A DNA stretch of 34,641 nt from Squalus acanthias (lineage: Eukaryota): contig JASTWF010000369.1 in NCBI GenBank assembly GCA_030390025.1, forward strand, positions 434,001 to 468,641, read 5' to 3'. Positions 21,747-33,947 of this stretch are shown here, piece after piece. Position 1 is the first letter of the stretch. Each line of letters starts with the position of its first letter. The translations under genes were made by a program, and so were the position numbers. The notes beneath the pieces were generated by a model. That model was not told the DNA's origin. It saw only the letters and a list, made by a program, of their open reading frames with translations, and searched no databases.

Positions 21747-23439
21747 TTATGATCTGAAATTGTTGAACTCGATATTGAGTCCGGAATGCTGTAAAGTGCC
21801 TAAACAAAAGATGAGGTGTTGTTCCTCGAGCTTACGCTGAGCTTCCGTGGAACAATGCACAAGGCCGAGGACGGTGAGGTCTGAGTTGGCATGGAGGGGT
21901 GAATTCAAATGACAAGCGACCGGAAGCTCGGCATCACCCTTACGGACTGAACGGAGGTGTTCCGCAAAGCGGTCACGCAATCTGCGTTTGGTCTCCCCAA
22001 TGTAGAGGAGACCACATCGTGAGCAGTGAATACAGTATACTAGATTGCAAGAAGTACAAGTAAATCGCTGTTTCACCTGGAAGGGGTGTTTGGGGCCCTG
22101 GAGAGTGGGAAGCGGGGATGGATAAGGGCAGGCGTTGCATCTTCTGTGCTTGCACGGGAAGGTGCCGGGTGAAGGGGAAGGGGTGCTGAAGGTGATAGAG
22201 GAGTGGACTAGGGTGTCTCGGAAGGAGCGGTCCCTATGGAATGCTGAAAGGGGAGGTGAGGGGAAGATACGTTTGGTGGTGGGATCACGTGGGAGCTGGC
22301 GGAAATGGCGGAGGATTATCCGTTGAATGTGGAGGCTGGTGGGGTGAAAGGTGAGGACAAGGGGAACTCTATCGTGTTTCCGGGAGGGAGGGGCCGGGGT
22401 GAGGGCAGAAGTGCGGGAGATGGAACGGACACGGTCGAGGGCCGTGTCGACCACGGTAGAGGGGAATCCTCGGTTGAGGAAAAAGGAAGACATGTCGGAA
22501 GCAATGGTATGGAAGGTGGCATCGTTGGAGCAGATGGGGCGGAGACGGAGAAACTGGGAGAAGGGAATAGAGTCCTTACAGGAGGCGGGGTGGGAGGAAG
22601 GGTAGTCAAGGTAGCTATGGGAGTCAGTGGGCTTGCAGTGAATGTTGGTCAATAACCTATCCCCAGAGATGGAGACGGAGAAGTCGAGGAAGGGGAGGGA
22701 AGAGTCGGAGATGGACCATGTGAAAGTGAGGGAAGTGTTCAAATTGGAGGCAAAGTGAATTAAATTGTCTAGTTCGGGGCGAGAGCAGGAAACGGCACCG
22801 ATACATTCGTCAATGTAGCGGAAAAAGAGGCGAGGGAGGGGACCCGAGTAGGACTGGAACAAAGAGTGTTCCACATATCCCACGAAAAGGCAGGCATAGC
22901 AAGGACCCATGCGGATAACTATAGCAACACGTTTGATTTGGAGGAAACGGGTGGAGTCAAAGGAGAAGTTGTTCAATGTGAGAACAAGTTCAGCCAGGCG
23001 GAGGAGGGTGGCGGTGGATGGGGATTGGCTGGGCCTCTGTTCAAGGAAGAAGCGGAGCGCCCTCAGGCCATCCTGGTGGGGGATGGAGGTGTAGAGGGAT
23101 TGTACGTCCATGGTGAAGATGAGGCGGTTGGAGCCAGGAAACTGGAAACTGTTAAAGTGGCGGAGGGCGTCAGAGGAATCACGGATGTAGGTGGGAAGGG
23201 ACTGGACAAGGGGAGAAAAAATAGAGTCGAGATAGGAATAGATAAGTTCCGTGGGGCAAGAGCAGGCTGAAAACGATGGGTCTACCGGGGCAGTCCTGTT
23301 TGTGGATCTTGGGAAGGAGGTAGAAGCGGGCTGTGCGGGGTTGGGGAACTATGATGTTGGCGGCCGTGGGGGGACGATCTCCAGAGGAGATGAGGACAGT
23401 GACAGTTTTGGACACAAGGTCAGTGACAGTCTTGGACAC
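21747..23439 (-). pseudogene. Penelope RT + GIY-YIG ORF, 5'-truncated, one frameshift, catalytic YIDD changed to YIDE
   Basis: FYLLPKIHK and PGRPIV (ORF 23179..23439), frameshift near 23272, MDVQSLYTSIP, FFRYIDECIG, LPFLD, LVYCIHCSRCGLLYIGETKR (ORF 21747..23111). Confidence 0.9.
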
Positions 23440-23679
23440 AGTGGTCCGTGCCTTTTTCCTTCTTTTTTTCTGTCTCTCTCACCCCCTACGGCAGCTGTCT
23501 CATTCTGCCAGCTTTTCACACCTCAGCTTTTGTTTTTCAACCTGTCCCATTACCATCTCGTCTTGCCTTGAGCATCTCTTAATGTCTCTACTTACCATAT
23601 ACCAATCCATTTGTTCGTTTATTCCTCCCCCCAGCCTCCCCCTTGCATTTTTTTCTGTTTAATTTCTTGCTTTTCTCTC

Positions 23680-23715
23680 AGTTCCGACGAAGGGTTTAGA
23701 CCTGAAACGTTAACT
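23680..23715 (+). ncRNA. Hammerhead-like motif, CCGACGA core variant
   Basis: AGTT-CCGACGA-AGGGTTTAGACCT-GAAA-CGTT-AACT. Confidence 0.5.
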
Positions 23716-24237
23716 CTGTTTCTCTCTCCACGGATGTTGTCTGGCCTGCTGAGTTTTTCCAGCGTTTTCTGTTGTAATTTCGGATTTCCAGCATCCGCAG
23801 TATTTTGCTATCACATTAATAATACACCATTGTTCTATGCTGTAAAATCTACCTTCGACACCTTTGCCATTTGAAGGGCTTACTACTGAGTCAGAACTAT
23901 ATTACCCTCATTCGCTCCATTTATGTTAATTGTGTTGCTCAATGCTCTGACCATCATGCACATTCTACAGGCCAGTAGGGTCTGGGGATGACTCCGGTGT
24001 AGCAAGAATAGTTTGAGCCACAATGATCCAGAGATGAAGAAGCGAAGGAAATCCATCATTCAACTGCTCACTATCTCAGGCAGTGTTATCCTGCGATGGC
24101 TGGTAAATTTCCTGTATTAAATAGACATACAAATTACAGACACTCAATAGCTCAAAACAGATTACATTGACACTTTCACTATCATAGAAAAAAAATCGGA
24201 TACATGCACCAGCGTTTGAGTTCCTGCACCAACAGTT

Positions 24238-24448
24238 GCGGACCTAGGAGGGGCGGCGGCGGCAGAGGATAAAAGCGAGCCCTGGGAGCAGGTAGGCCCA
24301 CAGCAGCGGCGGTGCGGACCTAGGAGGAGCGGCGGCGGCAGAGGATAAAAGCGACCCCGAGGAGCAGGTCGGCCCAAAGCAGCGGTGGTGCGGACCTCGG
24401 AGGAGCGGCGGCGGCAGAGGATAAAAGGGAGCCCGAGTAGCAGGTAGG
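24238..24448 (+). repeat. About 2.8 tandem 76-bp GC-rich monomers in the CR1 5' UTR
   Basis: Units start at 24238, 24314 and 24390 with GCGGACCT...GGCGGCGGCAGAGGATAAAAG...AGCAGGT.GGC. Confidence 0.92.
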
Positions 24449-24711
24449 CTTAAAAATCTCAGAGCGGGAGACAGAAGTAAAAAGTAATCGAAGTCTGATG
24501 TCACCAGAAAGCAGGTAAGTAATTGGTTGGTGAGTATTTCTCTGTTTCTCCTTTTTTCCATACCGAAATTCTGTGGTTTATAGTTTCTAGAGTCTCTGTG
24601 GTGTATAGGGGACTGCTTTTAAACAAGGGCTCTTGCGTATATCATGTAATTGAAGTGAAATTGGTGGGTTTCATTTAATTTAATTTTAATTAATTAATTA
24701 AAGGGTAAGTC

Positions 24712-25661
24712 ATGGCAGGAGAGCTCCACTCCGTGATATGCTCCTCCTGCTCTATGTGGGAAATCAGGGACGCTTCCTGTGTCCCTGACGACCATGTGTG
24801 TGGGAAGTGTATCCAGCTGCAGCTACTGATTGAAGGCATTGCGGCGCTGGAGCTGCAGATGGATGCATATTGGAGCATTTGCGACGCTGAGAACGTCGTG
24901 GATAACACGTTTAGCGAGTTGGTCACACTGCAGGTAAAGGGTTGTACAGGCACGAAGTGAATGGGTGACCAACAGTCAGAGGAAGAGATGCAGGCAGGTA
25001 GTGCAGGGGTCCCCTGTGGCCATCCCCCTCTCAAACAGGTATACCACTATGAATGCTGTTAGGGGGACGATTATCAGGGGAAGGCAGCAGCAGCCAACTT
25101 CCTGGCACCATTGGTGGATCTGCTGCACAGGCTGGGAGGAAAATGTGTGGAAGAGCTATAGTGGTAGGGGATTCAATTGTAAGGGGAATAGATAGGCGTT
25201 TCTGTGCCCGCAAACGAGACTCCAGGATGGTGTGTTGCCTCCCTGGTTCAAGGGTCAATGACGTCTCGCAGCTGCTACACAACATTTTGGAGGGGGAGGG
25301 CGAACAGCCAGTTGTCGTGGTGCACATAGGCATCAACGATATAGGTAAAAAATGGGATGAGGTCCTAAAAGCAGAAAATAGGGTGTTAGGAGGTAAATTA
25401 AAAAATAGGACATCAAAGGTAGTAATCTCAGGATTACTACCAGTGCCACGTGCTAGTAAGAGTAGAAATAGGAGGATATTTCAAATGAATACGTGGCTAG
25501 AGGAATGGTCCAAAGGGGAGGGATTCAAATTCCTTGGACATTGGAAACGGTTCTGGGGGAGGTGGGACCAGTACAAACGGGACGGTCTGCAACTGGGCAG
25601 GGCCGGGACCGATGTCCTCGGGGGAGTGTTTGCTTGTGCTGTGGGGGAGGGTTTAAAGTAA
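24712..25661 (+). pseudogene. CR1 ORF1: zinc finger / leucine zipper plus SGNH esterase-like domain, disrupted
   Basis: CSSC...CGKC then LQLLIEGIAALELQM; NRY motif; VVGDSIVRG, CCLPG, VVVHIGIND, DGLQL; stop at 24958-24960 and a frameshift near 25065. Confidence 0.88.
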
Positions 25662-25829
25662 AGTGGCAGGGGGTTGGGAACCTGAGCAGGGAGACAGAGG
25701 AAAGGGAAACAAGGATAAAATGAAAAGACAGGAAGGAGAAATACAAAAGTAGAAGGCAAAAACTCAACGGTTTAAATCAAACATAGTCACATTAAATAAT
25801 AATTCATATAGGTCGGAGAGCGTTAAAAA

Positions 25830-28800
25830 AACAAGCCTGAAGGCTTTGTGTCTTAATGCAAGGAGCATTCGGAACAAGGTGGATGAATTAGCTGTGCAAA
25901 TAGAGGTAAATGAATACGATTTGATTAGGATTACAGAAACATGGCTCCAGGGTGGCCAATGCTGGGAACGCAACATTCAATATTTAGGAAAGATAGGTAA
26001 AAAAGAAAGGGAGGCGGGGTAGCATTGCTGGTTAAAGAGGGGATTAACACAATTGAAAGGAAGGATGCACGGCCCAAAAATTAGTGCCTCTACGCGAGAG
26101 TACGCACTGTGTACTCTCGCGTATTCTGTCTCCAATTGCCGGTTTTCTGCATGCACTGCACATGCGCTGAAAACCGGCACGTGGTGATTTCAAAAGGGGG
26201 CGGTTTTAAGTGAGCCACGTGCGCGCTACAGGCTGCGCGCACGCAGTGCACTTAGTGCTTTGAACGCGCAGGTATGTATGGAAGACTTTGCACATAAAGA
26301 AAGGAGGTGTAAGACCCTCTTTTAACAAGGTAAGTAGTTAATTAAGTATTATTTTGAATTTTTTTCATTAGGTATATCTTTTTTAGAGACTTTAAAGAAA
26401 GGTAAGTTTATTTTTATAACTTTTTAAAAGATACTAAATTTTTTCAAAAATTTAATTTTTTGTTTAAAATGGTTAATTTATTTAACTATACTTATTTTAT
26501 TAATGTGATTTTTTTTAAATGTAATTGAGGTTTAGCTGTTCTTTTGGGGGGGTATAGATTCATAGCTTTCACAGCACTAGATGTGAAAACTATCAATAAA
26601 AGATGGTGTGCTGCCATTTGCTCTAACTGAATCACGTGATCCCACAGCTCACACGAATTAACTGCGCCTGTGGGACACGCAAGCACTGCCCAGCTGCTGT
26701 CCAGAAAATCAAATTCGTGCGAGCTGGGAATGAAAAAGCCGGTGCGCAGTGAGATATCGCGGGGAGGCCTTACCCCCGCACGAAGGCTCCCTCACTAATT
26801 TTTGGGCCGTTAGCTCTGATGATGCAGAATCTGTATGGGTAGAACTGAGAAATAAAAAGGGGCAGAAAACGTTAGTGGGAGTGGTATATAGACCTCGAAA
26901 CAGTAATACGGAGGTTGGGGACGGCATTAAAAGGGAAATTAGAGAAGCATGCAGTCAGGGCACAGCAGTCATCATGGGTGACTTTAATTTACGTATAGAT
27001 TGGGGTAACCAAATTAGAAAAAATACTTTGAAGGAGGAATTCCTAGAATATTTACGGGATGGTTTTCTGGAACAATATCTCGAGGAACCAACCAGAGATC
27101 AGGCCATCTTAGACTGGGTATTATGTAACGAGAAAGGATTAATTAGTAATCTTGTTGTACGAGGCCCCTTGGGACAGAGTGATCATAATATGATAGAATT
27201 CTTCATTAGGATGGAGAGTGAAGTAGTTGAATCAGAGACTAGGGTCCTGAATTTAAATAAAGGAAACTACGATGGTATGAGGCGCGAATTGGGTAGGATT
27301 GATTGGGGAATGTCACTCAAAGGGTTAACGGTTAATAGGCAATGACAAATATTCAAAGACGGCATGGATGAACTACTGAATTTCTTCATCCCAATGTGGC
27401 ATAAGAATAAAACAAAAAAGGTGAATCAACCGTGGCTAACAAGGAGAATTAAGGATAGCATAAGATCCAAGCAGAGGGCATATAAATTGGCCAGAAAAAG
27501 CGGTAACCTGAGGAGTGGGAGCAGTTTAGGATTCGACAAAGGAGGACAAAGGGATTAATTAAGAAGGGGGAAATATAATATGAAAGTAAGCTTGCTGGGA
27601 ACATATAAACTGACTGTAAGAGCTTTTATAGATATGTGAAGAGAAAATTATTAGTGAAATCAAGTGTAGGTCCCTTGCAGTCAGAAGTGGGGGAAGTTAG
27701 AATGGGGAACAAAGAAATGGCAGACCAATTAAATGCATATTTTGATTTTGGCTTCACAAAGGAGGACATAAATAACCTCCCAGAGATTTTGGAGAACATA
27801 TGGTCTGTTGAAAGAGAGGAACTGAAAGGAATCAGTATTTGCAGGGAAATAGTGTTAGGGAAATTGATGGAATTGAAGGCCGAGAAATCCCAGGGCCTGA
27901 AAGTCCACATCCTACGGAACTTAAGGAAGTGGCCCTAGAAATTGTAGATGCATTGCTGATCATCTTCCAACATTCGATGGAAGCTGGAACTGTACCCATG
28001 TATTGGTGGGCAGTTAATGTTACCCCACTATTCAAAAAGGATGGTAGAGAGAAAGCGGGGAATTACAGACCGGTAAGCCTGACATCGGTAGTGGGGAAAA
28101 TACCTGAGACAATTATAAAGGATGTAATAGCTGAGCACTTGAAAAACAGCGACAGGATCGGTCAAAGTCAACATAGATTTACAAAAGGTAAATCGTGCTT
28201 GACTAATCTACTGGAATTTTTTGAGGATGTAACTGGCAAAATAGATAAGGGTGAACCAGTAGATGTGGTGTATTTGGACTTTCAAAAGGCTTTCGATAAG
28301 GTCCCGCATAAGAGATTAGCGTGTAAAGTTAAGGCACATGGGATTTGGGCAAGCTATTGACTTGGATAGAGAACTGGTTGTCGGACAGAAAGCAGAGAGT
28401 AAGAATTAATGGCTCTTTTTCCGAGTGGCAAGCAGTGAATAGTGGGGTACCGCAGGGATCGGTCCTTGGACCCCAGCTATTCACAATATACATTAATGAT
28501 CTAGATAAGGGAACTAAATGTAATATCTCCAAGTTTGCAGATGACACAATGCTGGGTGGAACTGTGTGCTGCGAGGAGGATACCGAGAAACACCAGGATG
28601 ATTTGGACAGGTTGGGTGAGTGGGCAGAAGCGTGGCAGATGCAATATAACTTGCATAAATGCGAGGTTATCCACTTTGGTGTCAAAACAGAAAGGCAGAC
28701 TATTATCTGAATGACAATAGATTGGGAGAAGGGGCAGTGCAATCACACCTGGCTGTCCTTGTGCACCAGTCGCTGAAGGTAAGCATGCAGGAGCAGCAGG

Positions 28801-29367
28801 CGGTGCAGAAGGCAGATTGTATGTTGGCCTTCATAGCGAAAGGGTGTAAGTATAGCAACAGGGATGTCCTGCTGCAATTGTACAGGGCCCTGGTGAGACC
28901 ACACCTTGAGTACCGTGTGCAGTTTTGGTCGTCTTATCTGCGGAACGATGTTCTTGCCATGGGAGGAGTTCAGCGAAGATTCACAAGGCAGATACCTAGG
29001 ATGACAGGAATGGCATATGAGGAGAGATTGGGTCGATTGGGCTTATACTCGCTGGAGTATAGAAGAATGAGAGGGATCTCAACGAAATATATAAAATTCT
29101 GACAGGTCTGGACAAACTATATGCAGGAAGATGTTCCCGTTGGTCGGAGAGTCCAGAACAGGGGTAATACTCTAAGGTAAGGAGTAGCCATTTAGGACAG
29201 AAATTAGGAATAATTTCTTCACCCAGAGAGTGGTGAACCTGTGGAATTGTCTACCACAGAAGGTAGTTGAGACCAAGTCATTAAATATATTCAAGAATGA
29301 GTTAGATATATTTCTTAAAGCTAAAGGTATCAAGGGATATGGGGAGAAGGCAGGTTCAGGTTACTGA
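25830..29367 (+). pseudogene. CR1 ORF2 (endonuclease + RT), disrupted by stops, frameshifts and a TIR element
   Basis: LCLNARSIRNK and ITETWL, then track ORFs 26749..27345, 27839..28360, 28345..28710, 28659..29102 with standard EN and RT motifs. Confidence 0.92.
26069..26810 (+). mobile_element. Non-autonomous TIR element, family X copy 2, nested in CR1 ORF2
   Basis: Perfect 18-bp TIR ACGGCCCAAAAATTAGTG / CACTAATTTTTGGGCCGT; interrupts RKDx-SSDDAESVW of the endonuclease. Confidence 0.9.
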
Positions 29368-31042
29368 GTTTGGATGATCAGCCATGATCTCATCGAATGG
29401 CGGAGCAGGCTCGCGGGCCGAATGGCCTACTCCTGCTCCTATCTTCTATGTTTCAGTTACTGATGTCCTGGCGCAGATTAAGTTCAGAGATGAGTTAAAG
29501 ACAATGATTAAATATGCATTTGCTCAGATGATTAAGTTAACTAACCTATATTAATAGGACTAAATTTAAAATACGATTCCCCAGAGCCAATATCTTCCCA
29601 GCGCTGGTTCTCAGTACTTGTAACAGAAATGGCTGTCGGGTCTAAAGCTGGCTTTGGTGAGTTGTGAAAGTTAAATACTGCCGGCTGTCGCTAAACATCC
29701 TCCACTTAGAGCACCAACCTTAACACATATAGACAAATACAAAAGTTGGCAAATGTGGGTTTTTCAATGGACAGTCAGATATTGTGTGTATGAAATCTAA
29801 TAATCATAGTAAACAAATACTCTGCTAAGTGAAAAATGAATATTTTAAACATTATTTCCCTTACCCTAAAGCCTTCAACTGTCTGACTGACTTTGGGACC
29901 ATTGAGTGGCGGTGACGATTGCTGTAAAATATCACACTCTACTGGCAGTGTGTAGGTTGATCCTTCACAGTTAATGCTGACCGGCCATTGTACAGAGTCC
30001 TATTTCAGCCCCCATACTGCTGCTCCTACTGAGACCAGCTAACTCACCATAGACCAGAGATACAAACAGGAACCCTCCTGCTTTGGATAATGCAGAATTC
30101 CCACTTTGGTGCTCTGAGCACTGTCCAGGAGCGTAGATGTTTAAAACCACGCCACAGCCCATGATTCTCCATCCACTAATTTCATAGGAACACTTTCACA
30201 GCCTGGGAAGCACAGGCACCAATTTCCCGTTTGGTAACTGAGGCTCTGTGTCTGGGGTGTGCAGTCGATGAAGCAAGCCGATTGTGTTAATATGGTTGGC
30301 GATTAACAATAAAATTAATGTGAGTAAAATGAACGATTATGAACAAGAATCCGCTCATCACGTTTCTCTTCAATGTCTTAAAATGTTTTCAAGTACATTG
30401 TTGTAGACACAGAGAGTGTTTTTAGGTAGACATTGATCTTGTACACCTCGGGACCTCAAAAACAACCTGGAAGCTGTATCGCTGATATAATAGGCATCAG
30501 GATAGGGATAAAACCATTAGCCAAGGTTCCCACTCCTATTTGAACTGAACATCAGTGGACATCTGTTGAGGTCTGATTGACGTAAATAAGGCCTCCTGTC
30601 ACTGAATATTTAACTGAAACTTAAGGTTATAATTTGCCCTAGTGTAGTTGTGGCCAGAATGTCAGTTAGCAGATTGAGAGAGACTCAAGAGAAATGTGGG
30701 GATTGTTTATTACTTTATTGCCTGGATGCAAGGCTTTACACAACCCCCCTGATCTTCCTTCCTTGATTTTAACTGGATGCTTAATGTCCAGGTAGTAAAT
30801 GTTAATATCTAGCCAGTTCAGTTTACACTGAATTCCAATTGGTAACTCCAGATGCAGGTTTGGACAGATCGAAATCTGCATGTTTATTCTAAAACTTACC
30901 TTAGTATCGGTTACTTTAATGCTGTTATTGTGCACAAGAGGTAGAAATGAGCTTCACTCACAAAATTCATGTCCCAGCTTTTCCTAACACCTTCTGTTCC
31001 GATCGTTCTGTTTGTTTGAGGCGAGGAAACAGGTCACTCACA

Positions 31043-32684
31043 TAGAACATAGAACATAGAACAGTACAGCACAGTACAGGCCCTTCGGCCCTCGATGTTG
31101 TGCCGAGCATTGTCCGAGACCAAGATCAAGCTATCACACTCCCTATCACTCTGGTGTGCTCCATGTGCTTATCCAATAACCGCTTGAAAGTTCCTAAAGT
31201 GTCCGACTCCACTATCACCAGCAGGCAGTCCATTCCACACCCCAACCACTCTCTGAGTAAAGAATCTACCTCGGACATCCCTTCTATATTTCCCCCCATG
31301 CACCTTATAGTTATGCCCCCTTGTAACAGCTGCCTCTACCCGAGGAAATAGTCTCTGAACATCCACTCTATCTATCCCCCTCATCATCTTATAAACCTCT
31401 ATTAAGTCGCCTCTCATCCTCCTCCGCTCTAAAGAGAAAAGCCCCAACTCCCTCAATCTTTCTTCATAAGACCTCCCCCCCAAACCAGGCAGCATCCTGG
31501 TAAATCTCCTTTGCACTCTTTCCAATGCTTCACGTCCTTCCTATAGTGAGGTGACCAGAACTGCACACAATATTCCAAATGTGGTCTCACGAAGGTCCTG
31601 TACAGTTGCAGCATAACCTCACGGTTCTTAAACTCAAACCCTCTGTTAATAAACGCCAACCACACCATAGGCCTTCTTTACTGCTCTATCCACTTGAGTG
31701 GCAACCTTCAGAGATCTGTGGATATGAACCCCCAGATCCCTCTGCTCCTCCACGTTCCTCAGAACCCTGCCGTTGACCCTGTAATCCTTATTCACATTTG
31801 CCCTACCAAAAATGAATCACCTCGCACGTTATCAGGGTTAAATTCCATCTGCCATTTTTCGGCCCAGCTCTGCATCCTATCAATGTCTCTTTGCAGCCTT
31901 ACAACTGCCCTCCACCTCATCCACTACTCCACCAATCTTGGTGTCATCAGCAAATTTACTGATCCACCCTTCAGTCCCCTCCTCCAAGTCATTGATAAAA
32001 ATCACAATACAGCAGAGGACCCAGCACCGACCCCTGTGGCACACCGCCGGTAACTGGTCTCCAGTCCGAAAATGTTCCATCCACCACCACCCTCTGCCTT
32101 CTATGAGATAGCCAGTTACTTATCCAATCGGCCAAATTTCCCTCTATCCCACAACTCCTTACTTTCTTCATGAGACGACCATGGGGAACCTTATCAAACG
32201 CCCTTACTAAAATCCATGTATACGACATCAACTGCTCTACCTTCATCTACACACTTAGTTACCTCCTCAAAGAATTCAATCAAATTTGTTAGGCAAGACT
32301 TACCCTTCACGAATCCGTGTTCACTATCCCTGATTAAGTTGCCCCTTTCCAAATGTCATAAATCCTATCCCTCAGGACCTTTTCCATTATCTTACCAACC
32401 ACCGAAGTAAGACTAACCGCCTATAATTACCAGGGTCATTCCTATTTCCTTTCTTGAAGAGAGGGAACAACATTCGCCACTCTCCAGTCCTCTGACACCA
32501 CCCCCGTGGACAGTGAGGACCCCAAAGATCAAAGGCCAGAGTCTCTGCAATCTCCTCCTTGCCTCCCAAAGAATCCGAGGATATATCCCATCTGGCCCAG
32601 GGGACTTATCGACCCTCAGGTTCTTCAAAATTGCTAAAACATCTTCCCTCAGAACATCTACCACCTCCAGCCTATCCACCTTTA
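31043..32684 (-). mobile_element. 5'-truncated CR1 LINE of a different subfamily
   Basis: [44 protein letters not shown] across shifted frames; (CATAGAA)n tail at 31041-31061; possible TSD TCACA at 31038-31042 / 32685-32689; absent in copy A. Confidence 0.93.
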
Positions 32685-32852
32685 TCACACCACTTCAAGC
32701 ATTTCTACGCTGTGGGATTTGTTCAGGCTATTGGCTTTTTGGCTACTTTTTGAGTTTAACAGAGAGTTATTAAATTTAAGAAGCATCAGGCCATTTAATG
32801 TCGGCACTTTTCAAATCAGAGCAATTGCTCGCAATGGTTTCAAGAGGAACTT

Positions 32853-33095
32853 TGGCAGATCTTCCCACTCCTGTGCCTGGGCGATTGGATCACCTCGGCA
32901 GAGTGAATACAGAAAACTGGCAGAGAGGGTTAATGTCCAAAAGGAGCCTGCTCAAATTTATGACAATTTAAATCAATGGGTCGAAATTCGGGTCGGTCCA
33001 TTGGGGACGTGTGGTCTTCCATCCCCAACGTCTTGTACTCACTGTACCGGGGGCAATCCAATAGCTCCTTTGGCAGAGACAGGAATATCTATGCT
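32853..33095. mobile_element. Old palindromic MITE-like element, paralogue of 8965-9202
   Basis: GGCAGATCTTCCCACTCCTGTG start, ACAATTTAAATCAATGG centre, GGCAATCCAATAGC shared with copy A. Confidence 0.5.
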
Positions 33096-33329
33096 GTCCA
33101 TCTGGGGTATTTTAAAGAAGGAGAGATAGACAGAGGAGGTTGAAAAAGGGCTCTTGGGGAAGCGAGAATTAGGGACAGGCCTGAGAAAGGGAGCAGGGTA
33201 GGGTGTTGGCTTATTGCAGCACAAAGAATGATCTTAGGATCAGACTTCTGCTTCAGAATCGAAAAAAAAATCATCCCAGTAATAGTAGATTCCAATTCGT
33301 ACTATTCTTATGGGAATTCCAGAAACGAT

Positions 33330-33947
33330 AACGATAGTAATAGAACAGTAGTTCGAAACATTTAAAACGCCTGGTCAAAAGTGTACATGAGAAAAGCTAC
33401 CCCCACGAAAAAGCAAGACAAACTTAGCCAGTAATGAAACGCCATGGATGAGTAAAGAAATAAGGACAAAGTTGCACTTAAAGTAAAATACATACAATAA
33501 GTATATAGACAACAAAGGAAAGGATGACAAAAGCGAATACAAAGTGGTTAGGAAAGCAGTCAAACAAGCAATTAGGAAAGCAAAGACATACTACGAAATT
33601 GAATTATCAAGGGCTATAAAAAGAAGTAGTAAGGTATTCGACAGACACATAAATAATCAATGAAAAATCAGGATAGCGATAGAGCAACTAAGAGCTTCCA
33701 GAGATAAACTCACAGGTAACGACAGCAAAATGGAGAAATATGAATTATTCTTTGCCACGGTAGTTAAGATGGAGACTAACATTGTATGCAGGACATTAGA
33801 ATAAATCAAAAAAGATATAAAGACATTTAAGATATAAAGCGGCAAGATAATTTATTAACCAATCAAAGCTAAGAGGCATAAACAACTGGCCCAGATGAAT
33901 TGCCTTCATAGATATTTTAAAAAGTTATGGAAGAGATCGAGCAGACA
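33330..33947 (+). mobile_element. Old CR1-like ORF2 linker fragment
   Basis: FETFKTPG, TPWMSKEIRTKL, VKQAIRKAKTYYEIEL, KTTGPDELP (decayed KSPGPDG). Confidence 0.7.

Larger units (their letters stand above)
21380..23814 (-). mobile_element. Penelope-like retroelement with an inverted copy of its 3' UTR (inverted pLTR) at the truncated 5' end
   Basis: RT plus GIY-YIG ORF on minus strand; 21386-21703 is the reverse complement of 23442-23760; TSD ATTAA at 21375-21379 and 23815-23819. Confidence 0.93.
24238..29453 (+). mobile_element. Full-length but decayed CR1 LINE (5' UTR monomers, ORF1, ORF2, tail) inserted in TM7 of the pseudogene
   Basis: TSD CAGTT at 24233-24237 and 29454-29458; ORF1 and ORF2 motifs in order; TTCTATG tail. 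Confidence 0.95.
20980..29554 (+). pseudogene. GPR139-like pseudogene; exon 2 in three pieces (20980-21379, 23820-24237, 29459-29554)
   Basis: Acceptor ATACAG ending 20979; CGLSNCISRYL, DVILYEIKE, AIDCSVWLTVGFTFDRFIA, NDPEMKKRRKSII, SSCTN, AQIKFRDELK; frameshifts near 21070 and 21325; stops at 23872, 23887, 23988, 24118, 24148; two TE insertions. Confidence 0.93.
16755..33100 (+). repeat. Tandem duplication unit, copy B, expanded by copy-specific insertions
   Basis: Colinear with 1777-9210; see copy A. Confidence 0.88.

Noticed and set aside
33330..33947. Start of a third duplication unit matching 375-960
   Set aside because: Both are decayed CR1 linker fragments, but I could not align them at the nucleotide level; independent insertions are equally likely.
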